This document shows, piece by piece, positions 15,813 through 24,119 of a stretch of DNA of 32,000 nt. Position 1 is the stretch's first letter. Each line of letters begins with the position of its first letter. This stretch comes from Geobacter sulfurreducens PCA (lineage in GTDB: Bacteria > Desulfobacterota > Desulfuromonadia > Geobacterales > Geobacteraceae). The notes beneath the pieces were generated by a model. The model searched no databases and was not told the origin of the DNA. It was given only the letters and a program-made list of their open reading frames with translations. The translations under genes were made by a program, and so were the position numbers. The stretch lies in contig NC_002939.5 of the NCBI RefSeq assembly GCF_000007985.2, positions 1,050,001 through 1,082,000 of the forward strand. The letters are read 5' to 3'.

Positions 15813-17822
15813 GTGGAAGACAACGAGTACACCATAATCCATGTGGCGAGCGGCGAGGCATGGGCCGCCGGGGCAGCCACCAACGGCCTGGTGGCCGTGG
15901 GAGACGGCGGACTGGCACTGGCCGGCGAGATGGTGCACGGCCTCGACCGCCGTCTGGGGCTCGCGGGACGCATCCGCCCCGACGCCCTGGTGGCTGATCG
16001 CTGCGGAACGCTGATCATGCTGGCCGGCGAGCGCTTCTATCGTCTGGACCCCATGTCCGGCCGACTGGAGCGGATACCCTGTCTCGGCGGCAGGGGGGAC
16101 AGGGCGGGGGAACTGAGTGGACCCCGGGCCATGGCTCTGGGGAGCCGCAATCTCTACGTGGCCGATACGGACAACAACCGGGTCTGCGTCTTTGCCACGG
16201 TTAACTGGCAGGTGCGCCGGTTTATCGGAGCCGAGAACCCGGCAGGGGAACCGGCGGCCGGAACCGGTCCGGGGGAGTTCGACCGCCCCCTGGATCTGGC
16301 GGTGGACCCCTGCGACAACCTCTATGTGCTCGATGCCGGCAACCGGCGCATCCAGCGTTTCGATTACCATGGCGAACCCGTGCCCCATGTGCCCCCCTTC
16401 GGCGCCGACCGGCTGAAGCAGCCGGTGGCGCTGGCGCTGGGCCCGGCTCCCTCCCCGTCCGGCGGGGGGGCCCTGGTCCACTGCCTCGATACGGGGCTCA
16501 CCGCCATCGTTACCTTTGACGACCAGGGCCGGTTCCTGGGCACCGTCGGCCTGGACGACCTCGGCTTCGAGCCTGCCGGTCTGGCGGTGGACGCCGACGG
16601 CAAATGGTACGTCTCTGATCGGGAGCGGTTCATCTATGCCATCAGGTCGGCAGGTGACTGGAGCCCTCTGGAGGAGTACGAGGGGAAGGCCCTGCGGCTG
16701 TTCGCCGGTCCCGGCGGGGAGTTTTACGCCCTGGAAGATGGGGAGGTGGCCCGCCTCACCCGTCGCCGTCGCTATCCGCCGGCAGGCTCGTGGACCGGCA
16801 GCGGCCCGGTAACGGGCATCTACACTTCCCGCTCATTCGATACCGGCGACGGCCGCCTCTTCTGGCACCGGGTGACGCTGGACGCGACGGTCCCCCCAAA
16901 GACCCAGGTGCGACTTTCCTACTTCATCTACGAAACCGGCCGCGATCCGGAGCTCCTGCCGGCCGACGGCGAGTGGCGAAGTTTCCCGTCCAATCCGGCC
17001 GACGCCCTTTTTGAGCGGAAGGAGGGACGGTATCTGAGGGTGCGCCTGGAACTGATCTCCGAAGACCGGCATGCCACCCCCACAGTGGTGAGCCTCCGCC
17101 TCCAGTTTCCCAAACAATCGTATCTCCGCTACCTTCCGGCCGTCTTCCAGGACGACGAGCGGGGGCGTGATTTCCTGGAGCGGTTTCTTTCCCTGTTCGA
17201 GAGCGTCCTTTACGACCTGGAGCGCGAAATATTCACGACCCGGCGCTATGCCGACCCCTGTGCCGTACCGGCCGGCTTCCTTCCCTGGCTCGCCTCGTGG
17301 CTGGCGCTCCCCGATGCGGACCAGTGGCTCGAAGATGGCGGGGCACGGCTGCGCACACTGATCGCCCGGGCCAATGAGCTGTACCGTTGTCGGGGCACCC
17401 GGGGTGGACTGGCGGAACTCATCACTCTTTACACCGGCAAGGAACCGTGGATTGTGGAGGCGTTCCAGTTGGACCGCATCCGGGGCCGGAGCGAGTGGCG
17501 CGAAACCATGAGGCTCTTCGGGGAAGATCCCTACCACTTCACGGTTCTCCTGCCGCCGGGCGGCGCAGGGAGGACCGAAACCGTAAAGCGGATCGTGGCG
17601 CGCGAGCGCCCGGCCCACACCTGTGCCACGGTAGTTGCCCTGGAGAACCTGTTCCGGCTTGGGGGGCACACCTACCTGGAAGTCAATACCAACCTGAACC
17701 AGCCCCTCTTTGCCCTGGAGACCTCCTCGTCGCTCGCCCGGCAGACCTATCTGGCCGACGGCGAGAAGGCGGGGCAGGCGCAGGTCCGGGCGCGACAGGG
17801 CATGGATACATTGTTTGAGTGA
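15813..17822 (+). CDS. P2 gpI-like tail/baseplate protein (Afp12-like) with N-terminal NHL-repeat beta-propeller
   Basis: GTG start 6 nt after GGGAGA. NHL-type repeats: NLYVADTDNNRVCVF, NLYVLDAGNRRIQRFD, KWYVSDRERFIY. The C-terminal LRYLPAVFQDDE...FLERFLSLFESVL..LE.EI......ADP...P..FLPWLASWL.L......W......R.LI..A.ELY..RGT..GL matches the phage tail protein I domain. Confidence 0.8.
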   Translation: MEDNEYTIIHVASGEAWAAGAATNGLVAVGDGGLALAGEMVHGLDRRLGLAGRIRPDALVADRCGTLIMLAGERFYRLDPMSGRLERIPCLGGRGDRAGELSGPRAMALGSRNLYVADTDNNRVCVFATVNWQVRRFIGAENPAGEPAAGTGPGEFDRPLDLAVDPCDNLYVLDAGNRRIQRFDYHGEPVPHVPPFGADRLKQPVALALGPAPSPSGGGALVHCLDTGLTAIVTFDDQGRFLGTVGLDDLGFEPAGLAVDADGKWYVSDRERFIYAIRSAGDWSPLEEYEGKALRLFAGPGGEFYALEDGEVARLTRRRRYPPAGSWTGSGPVTGIYTSRSFDTGDGRLFWHRVTLDATVPPKTQVRLSYFIYETGRDPELLPADGEWRSFPSNPADALFERKEGRYLRVRLELISEDRHATPTVVSLRLQFPKQSYLRYLPAVFQDDERGRDFLERFLSLFESVLYDLEREIFTTRRYADPCAVPAGFLPWLASWLALPDADQWLEDGGARLRTLIARANELYRCRGTRGGLAELITLYTGKEPWIVEAFQLDRIRGRSEWRETMRLFGEDPYHFTVLLPPGGAGRTETVKRIVARERPAHTCATVVALENLFRLGGHTYLEVNTNLNQPLFALETSSSLARQTYLADGEKAGQAQVRARQGMDTLFE

Positions 17823-17943
17823 ACCTGAAACCGGCAGGCGACGGAAGCCTTTGGAACGAGCGGGCCCAGGAGCAGCGGAACCAGGCCGTTTGAACGGAGA
17901 GGGTCATGTTGCCTGACGAACAGATGAATAAAAGGAGGACGCC

Positions 17944-19830
17944 ATGTCGAACGACCGCACCCTGAGCCCATTCCAGAGAAACCTCTATTTTTACGGCAAG
18001 CTGATGACAGTCCGGGACTTCGAGATGGAGCAGTCCTACCTGAACGGCAAGCGCCACCTGATCAACAGGATGGTGCTCGGCACTGGAGCGGTATGCGGCC
18101 TTGAGGTGACCGCCTCCTGGGACGAGTCGAAAAAGACTGTCGCGCTCAGTGTCGGCGAAGGTGTGGCCATTGACTGCGGCGGCCGGGAGATCGTGGTGGA
18201 CAGACCCTCCGCCGTCACCTTCGAGCCGGCCCCGGATGTCACGTCCTACTGCCTCTGGCTGAGCCGGGAGGACTGCCGCATTGAACCGGCTCCGGCCCCC
18301 ATGGCCGACAGCGGCAACGCCTGCGGCGAAACCTGCTGCTACAGCCGGGTGCGGGAGGATTTTTCCCTGGCCGTGCAGAAATGGGATGGCCCGGTCCCGT
18401 CGGTTGACGACGCCTGGTCCGGCCTCTTCACCACGGAGACGACCGATAGTCGGGCGGACATCCGGGCTCTGTTGAAGGCCCACTTCGACCGGATTCTGGC
18501 CGGCTGCCCTGCCTGCGGGGAGCCCTGCCGGGTGCCGTTGGCCCTGGTGATACGCAAGGGAGGTGCCTGGAGCGGCACCCCGGACATCATCCAGAACATC
18601 GTCGTGCACACCAATCCTGAACTATTCGAGATGATTCGCCGCCACCTGACCGACCTGGGCAACCCCCATATGACCACCGCAGCCCAGGTGGGAGCGCTGA
18701 AGAGCGTGGACGGGGTCGAGAATCCGGGCGGCAACGTGGACCTGGTGGCGGCAAACGCCGTCCAGATCACGCCCAACACCACCGCCAGGACCATCACGAT
18801 CGGTGAGAGCCATTCGGGGGTCACCGGCAACCCCCACAACACCCGGCACGAGCAGACCGGTCCGGCCTGTGTTGACCCCGCAAGTGACGATACCACCTGC
18901 GATAAGCACGTCTCCAACGCCAATGCCATGCGCTGGAACCGCTCTCTGGCAGGGCTCACCGTGAACGGCGGCAGCCTTGTCGTCAATCCCGGCGCGGCCA
19001 TCGACCTGGCAGCCGGACAGAATGTGACCCTGGCCGCCGATCCCGCCGGCAAGAAGATCACCATCAGCGCCGCAGGCGGCGGAGGGGCCTCGGCCCGCAC
19101 GGGGCGGATCTCCATCACGACCAATTCCGACGGCGTAGGCACGGCGCGGGTTACCTCCGGGTTTGACGATAATCTCTTCTGCGTGCAGGTAGGCATAGAT
19201 TACGGTGAGCACGTGGAATACGGTTCGGTCCTCCGCTATGCCGGCCAGACGGCGTTCATCACGGTGCGGGTGCTCAGGTACCAGGACGTCGGAAGCTTCG
19301 ATATCATGTTCTCCGCTCCGGGGGTCGGCCAGCGCACGCTGTCTCTGCGCTGGGTCGCCATCCCGGCCGTTGCCGTTGCGGAGCCGACAATAACCGTGAC
19401 GTCTCCCACCGTTACGGTTACCTCGCCCACATTCACCCTCACGCAACCGACCTTTACCATGACGCAGCCCACGTTTACCCTGACCCGCCCGACCTTCACC
19501 ATGACCGCGCCAACGCTCACGATGCCCACTATCCCAACCATGACCATCCCGAGCGTAACCATCCACGGCCCGATCATGAGTGGTCCCGGAACAGTGGAGG
19601 CCCCCACGGTGATCGTTCCCCCCGGTAAGAGCACGCAGTCTCCGCACCTGACGGACGTGAAGGGGATCGGGCCGGCCTTGGCCGGGAAACTGACGGCAGC
19701 CGGCATCTCGACCATTGCCGATCTTGCGGCCGCCTCCGTCAATGCCGTGGCGGCCGCCCTGGGTGTCAGCGATCCCGCTCGGGCGCGCGGTTTTATCGAC
19801 GCGGCCAGGAAATTGGCTAAAAAACGATGA
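17944..19830 (+). CDS. Tail-fibre-like protein (Afp13 position) with Thr-rich heptad repeats and C-terminal helix-hairpin-helix
   Basis: Strong RBS AAAGGAGGA. Fibre-type motif GNPHMTTAAQVGA plus a second GNPHNTRHEQ. Heptad array at 19384-19551. C-terminus VKGIGPALAGKLTAAGISTIADL. Confidence 0.7.
   Translation: MSNDRTLSPFQRNLYFYGKLMTVRDFEMEQSYLNGKRHLINRMVLGTGAVCGLEVTASWDESKKTVALSVGEGVAIDCGGREIVVDRPSAVTFEPAPDVTSYCLWLSREDCRIEPAPAPMADSGNACGETCCYSRVREDFSLAVQKWDGPVPSVDDAWSGLFTTETTDSRADIRALLKAHFDRILAGCPACGEPCRVPLALVIRKGGAWSGTPDIIQNIVVHTNPELFEMIRRHLTDLGNPHMTTAAQVGALKSVDGVENPGGNVDLVAANAVQITPNTTARTITIGESHSGVTGNPHNTRHEQTGPACVDPASDDTTCDKHVSNANAMRWNRSLAGLTVNGGSLVVNPGAAIDLAAGQNVTLAADPAGKKITISAAGGGGASARTGRISITTNSDGVGTARVTSGFDDNLFCVQVGIDYGEHVEYGSVLRYAGQTAFITVRVLRYQDVGSFDIMFSAPGVGQRTLSLRWVAIPAVAVAEPTITVTSPTVTVTSPTFTLTQPTFTMTQPTFTLTRPTFTMTAPTLTMPTIPTMTIPSVTIHGPIMSGPGTVEAPTVIVPPGKSTQSPHLTDVKGIGPALAGKLTAAGISTIADLAAASVNAVAAALGVSDPARARGFIDAARKLAKKR
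19384..19551 (+). repeat. Eight tandem 21-nt (7-aa) repeats, consensus P-T-[FIVL]-T-[VLM]-T-x, within the fibre gene
   Basis: PTITVTS PTVTVTS PTFTLTQ PTFTMTQ PTFTLTR PTFTMTA PTLTMPT IPTMTIP. The DNA units differ at synonymous positions, so this is an old, protein-level repeat. Confidence 0.85.
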
Positions 19831-21092
19831 ACGTTGTATTCGTCCATCCTTCCTATCCGAACCAGTTCACCGGGATAGCCAACGCTCTTTCCCGGAAAAG
19901 GGGGTGGGAGTGTGCCTTTCTGGTGGATCGGGCGTTCACCGGGCAGATCCGCCGGGACAAGCCCCCTGTCGCCTACTACGGGTACGGGGAGGAGGCATCG
20001 CCCCTGTCGGGGACCTACTACACCCGCTGCATCGAGGAGGGGGCGCGCCGGGGCAAGGCCATCGTGGAGGCCCTGGCGCACATCCATGCCTCGACCGGCA
20101 TCGACGCCGTGGTGGGGCACGCATCCTTCGGGGCAACCCTGTTCGTTCGGGAGATTCTCGCTATCCCTGTGGTCTCCTATGTGGAGCTGCCCGGATACCA
20201 TCCGGCCTTCTGCCGGGATGAATTCCCGGGCCGGTATCCCCAGAGCCTTATGGACGTGGCCCTGCGCTCTCTTATTCATTCGAGTGTGATTCATTCGGAT
20301 CTCTGCGTGGTTCCCTCCGCCTACGCCCGCGACCTGTTCCCACCAGAGCTTCGCAACAAGGTACGGGTCCGGATGGAGGGGTTTGCCCTGCCTCCCCCGG
20401 CAGGTGACCGGGAGGCTCTGCGGCGTGAACTGGGCATAACCGGGAACGGGCCGGTCATCGGCTTTGCGGGCAGGACCCTGGAGGCGGTGCGGGGCTTCGA
20501 CGTGTTTGTCCGGGCCGTCGGCAGGATTCGTGCCGTCCGCCCCGACGCACACTTCCTCGTCGTTGGCGATGAGACGAGCATCTACGGCAACGAAGCATCC
20601 TACCTGGGGGGGGCCTCGTTCAAGCAGCATGCCCTCCGGCAGGAAGGAATGGAGGATGAGGAGTTCATCTTCCGGCCCTTTGTCCCCCACGACCAGTTCG
20701 TGCGCTACCTCCAGGCCATGGATGTCATCCTGTTTCCCTTGTTCGAGGGGGCGGCCAACTGGGGACTGTTCGAGGCCATGGCCGCCGGCGTGCCGGTGAT
20801 TGCCTCCCGGCGCTGCTTTATCCCCGAGGTGATCGAGGACGGGCGCGACGGGATCCTGCTGGATGCCGCGGACGCAGAAGGGTTCGCGGCCGCGGCCCTG
20901 GCGCTGCTGGAAGACAGTGCCCGCGCCGAGGCCATGAGCCGGGCCGGCCGGCAGAAAATTGCCCGATCGTTCTCCGTAGAGCGGGCCGCAAGCGGCTATG
21001 CCGCCATTATTCGTGAGGCGATACGCCGTCACGGCAGCGGAGCACGAAACCCTTACTGCGGGCGGGAACGGGGCATCTGTCCTGCGGCATGA
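19827..21092 (+). CDS. Glycosyltransferase, GT-B fold (GT4 / Glycos_transf_1-like)
   Basis: ATGA overlap with the fibre gene stop at 19827-19830. C-terminal FPLFEGAANWGLFEAMAAGVPVIAS......E.I.DG..G.L carries the E-x7-E retaining-GT signature. Confidence 0.85.
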   Translation: MNVVFVHPSYPNQFTGIANALSRKRGWECAFLVDRAFTGQIRRDKPPVAYYGYGEEASPLSGTYYTRCIEEGARRGKAIVEALAHIHASTGIDAVVGHASFGATLFVREILAIPVVSYVELPGYHPAFCRDEFPGRYPQSLMDVALRSLIHSSVIHSDLCVVPSAYARDLFPPELRNKVRVRMEGFALPPPAGDREALRRELGITGNGPVIGFAGRTLEAVRGFDVFVRAVGRIRAVRPDAHFLVVGDETSIYGNEASYLGGASFKQHALRQEGMEDEEFIFRPFVPHDQFVRYLQAMDVILFPLFEGAANWGLFEAMAAGVPVIASRRCFIPEVIEDGRDGILLDAADAEGFAAAALALLEDSARAEAMSRAGRQKIARSFSVERAASGYAAIIREAIRRHGSGARNPYCGRERGICPAA

Positions 21093-21163
21093 CCGGTCCG
21101 TCTCCGTTGTACTCTCCTATCCTGGGCTCTCCCCGCGGGAGCAACCAGTAGCCGGGGACATCC

Positions 21164-24106
21164 ATGACATCTCAGAAAGCCGGACCGAAACCGATCAACA
21201 CAGCCAGGCGCCCGGAGCGACCCGCTCCGGTTCCGTCGCCGGCCCGGTCCGGCACGCCTGCCGGCCCGGTCCGACAGCTCCAGCAGACCATCGGTAACCG
21301 TCGAACGGGAGAGATGCTCAAGGCTGCGACCGCAGCCGATGCCACGGGGGAGACTGCCCCCGGCGTCATGGAGCTGAAGGGGATGCCCACCTTTGTGCCG
21401 CCCCCGCCCATTGCCGACTTCCTGAAGGAACGCACGCGAGGGAACGTCAATGTCCGGTTCGGCAGCCTCGCGGCCGGTCAGCTGGAGGTCCGCCGGGTCG
21501 GGCAACGTTACTCCGTGCGCGAACAGGCAATCCCCCTGACTCACCCCCTGTTCACGGGTGCCCTCGCCCCCTCTCTCCTTGTGGCGGTCGGCGACGGCGG
21601 AAAGATCCGGGGCCGGGTGGGCTTCGACGGGGGAAAAGGGAATCTCGCCGTACTGATCCGTAAGTCCCCTGACTTGGTGGGGCTCGGTGCCCTTGACCTG
21701 AGCCGGCTCGGCTCAGCGATCAATACCCTGGAGAACGGTGCCCTCCATCTGGGAATCAAGGGCACGCCGATCCGGATGGGAGGGGCGTTTACCGGTACCC
21801 TCACCCTTGAGGCGGTCAACGAGGCGATCACCTTTGAAGGGAGCGCGGCTGTGACCGTGCGGGGGCTCGCTTCGGGCAGCCTGGAGCTGAAACGGTCCAC
21901 CGAAGGGATCGTCACCGGTACGGCCACGGTGGGGCTCACTCTGCCCAAGGGGTTCTCCGGCAACGTGGCAGTGGGGTGGGACGGCCGGGCCATTACGGGT
22001 GAGGGTAAGGTCGGCTATACGGGGGAGAAGTTTTCCGGCGAGGTCCTCCTTCGTCTCATGGAAAAGGGGGCGGCGGCCCGACTCGAAGCCGCCAACACGG
22101 CCCCGGAGCGAACACCTGCACCGGCAGCCACGGTTGGTCCGCGTAGCGACAAGGTCGACTACGTGGTCTTCGGCGAGGGGGACCTTACCTTTGCCTTTAC
22201 CGACTGGCTGAACGGAACAGCCCACGTCATCGTCGACCCCCGGGGAAACCTCACCGTAATCGGCAAGATCACCCCCCAGAAAGAGTTCATCCTCTTTCCC
22301 CAGAAGGACTTCAACAAGGATCTCTTCAAGGTGGAGGCCCGGGCCTCCTACGGCATTCCCGTGGTGGGAAACATCTTCATTTTTGCCAACGTGGGGATGG
22401 GTGCCTTTGCCAAGCTTGGTCCGGCCAAGTTCTACAATATCGTGGTGGAGGGGACCTACTCCACCGACCCGAAAAAGGCGCAGAACTTCACTATCCAGGG
22501 GAGCCTCAATATCTCCGCCGCGGCCGGTCTCCGGCTCCGGGGCGAGGCCGGTGCCGGGCTCGAAATCCTGTCCCACGACATAAAGGCCGGCGCCGGCGTC
22601 AACGCCCTGGCCGGAATCAGGGGGTACGCGGAGGCGACGCCTGTCATCGGCTATCGGGAAAAAGGTGCCGAAGGAGAGGACAAAAAAGGGGAGTTCTTCA
22701 TCCGGGGCGACATGGAGATCGCGGCCCAGCCGTTCCTGGGGCTGTCGGGTGACCTTTTCGTGGAGATCGATGCCCCGTGGTGGTCGCCCGTCCCCGACAA
22801 GCGGTGGACCTGGCCCCTGGGGGGGAAGGAGTGGCCCATCGGCGGCAGTTTCGGCGTCGGCGCCACGGTGGATTACGTCTTCGGCTCCAGCCAAGCACCT
22901 TCTGTCGAGTTCAAGCCGGTGGAGTTTTCCGCTGAGAAGTTCATGACCGATCTCTACAGCGACAAGGCTACGGGAGGCTCCGGCGACAAGGGAGAGAAAA
23001 AGGGGGCGTGGAAGGAAAAGAATACCAGGGCGGCGGAGCCGCCGCCAAAGCAGGCGAAGAAGGGGGCGGCCCAGGAGGGAGAGGCGCCGAAACAATCTCC
23101 GGCAAAGGCCAGGGTTACGCCTGGAGGGCCCAAAAAAGCCAAAAAGCCTGCCGACCCCAACGCCCGGACCGCCGACGGCAAGACTGTTCGGCAGTATCAG
23201 GCGGAGGCAGAAAAAAGGGGGAAGAGACCGGGGGCGAAGGAGCCGGAAAAGAAGGCCGACAAGCCTGCAACCGACGTTGCCGCGCGCATGGGGCGGGTAA
23301 AGACGGCCCTGGATCAGGCCTTGGCCTATGCGGAGAAGACGGGGATTGGCCTCAACGAGCTCAATACCGTCCTGAAATCGATCCGTCGCCGCAAGGAGTA
23401 CGGTCTCAAGGAACTCAAGGCCCGGGACGGCGGCGAGAATTGGATCGTGGCGGCTACCCTCAATCCCACCCAGGATCTCAAGACCGTCAAGAAAAAGGGG
23501 AAAGCTGCCGCGGCAGGGGACCTCTACTATGAAAAGCCGTTCCCCATCCCTTCATACAAGGAGCACGCAGGGGCGGGCGCAAAGCACAAAACCCTCTATA
23601 CGGGACGGGCCAAGGCCGATAAGCTGTTCCATGAAAAAAGGGACCGCAAAACAGGTCAGGTCGGCAAGTGGGAATCCTGGGCGAGGCAGAACCTGAGCGA
23701 GCCCCTCAAGAAGAAAGCCGCTGACCTGGGCATGAGCGACCGGGATATCGTGCGCCCCCGTTTCAACCGGGCCGGGGAGAAGATGACCTTCCACATCGAT
23801 CATATCGTCGAATACCAGCTCCAGGGGGACGACGAGACTGAAAACTACTGGATGCTCCGGGGATCGGAAAATAGCAGTTCGGGCTCCACGCTCAAGGCCG
23901 CCATCGCGGCGGTCCGCACGGAGAGCGACAAGAAGCGTAAAGAGGACGGCCAGCCAGCCACGGTCAAGATATTCTTCAAAAATCCGGTTCTGGAAGGAAA
24001 CGCCGAAGATACCATCTACTGGAGGAAGTCGGAGATCAAGAAGGGCGATCACATCGCAGCGTACGAGAAACACCGCGACAGTTTGAAGAATCAGCTGAAG
24101 GAGTAA
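21164..24106 (+). CDS. Putative eCIS cargo/effector: disordered N-terminal leader with LQxTIGN motif, beta-rich middle, Lys-rich linker, C-terminal His-Me (HNH-like) nuclease motif
   Basis: Last gene of the + strand array. VRQLQQTIGNRRTGEML (21278-21319) resembles the LQRTIGNxAxxxLL motif at the N-terminus of DUF4157/eCIS-associated proteins. FHIDHIVEYQLQGDDETENYWMLRGSENSSSGSTLK shows a D-H...N...N...K spacing. Confidence 0.7.
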   Translation: MTSQKAGPKPINTARRPERPAPVPSPARSGTPAGPVRQLQQTIGNRRTGEMLKAATAADATGETAPGVMELKGMPTFVPPPPIADFLKERTRGNVNVRFGSLAAGQLEVRRVGQRYSVREQAIPLTHPLFTGALAPSLLVAVGDGGKIRGRVGFDGGKGNLAVLIRKSPDLVGLGALDLSRLGSAINTLENGALHLGIKGTPIRMGGAFTGTLTLEAVNEAITFEGSAAVTVRGLASGSLELKRSTEGIVTGTATVGLTLPKGFSGNVAVGWDGRAITGEGKVGYTGEKFSGEVLLRLMEKGAAARLEAANTAPERTPAPAATVGPRSDKVDYVVFGEGDLTFAFTDWLNGTAHVIVDPRGNLTVIGKITPQKEFILFPQKDFNKDLFKVEARASYGIPVVGNIFIFANVGMGAFAKLGPAKFYNIVVEGTYSTDPKKAQNFTIQGSLNISAAAGLRLRGEAGAGLEILSHDIKAGAGVNALAGIRGYAEATPVIGYREKGAEGEDKKGEFFIRGDMEIAAQPFLGLSGDLFVEIDAPWWSPVPDKRWTWPLGGKEWPIGGSFGVGATVDYVFGSSQAPSVEFKPVEFSAEKFMTDLYSDKATGGSGDKGEKKGAWKEKNTRAAEPPPKQAKKGAAQEGEAPKQSPAKARVTPGGPKKAKKPADPNARTADGKTVRQYQAEAEKRGKRPGAKEPEKKADKPATDVAARMGRVKTALDQALAYAEKTGIGLNELNTVLKSIRRRKEYGLKELKARDGGENWIVAATLNPTQDLKTVKKKGKAAAAGDLYYEKPFPIPSYKEHAGAGAKHKTLYTGRAKADKLFHEKRDRKTGQVGKWESWARQNLSEPLKKKAADLGMSDRDIVRPRFNRAGEKMTFHIDHIVEYQLQGDDETENYWMLRGSENSSSGSTLKAAIAAVRTESDKKRKEDGQPATVKIFFKNPVLEGNAEDTIYWRKSEIKKGDHIAAYEKHRDSLKNQLKE

Positions 24107-24119
24107 TCGGCCGGGAAGA

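Noticed and set aside
17851-17866. Sigma54-like promoter TTGGAACgagcgGGCc upstream of the fibre gene
   Set aside because: The GG to GC spacing is one nt shorter than the strict -24/-12 geometry, and the -12 element lacks TTGC. I could not support it.
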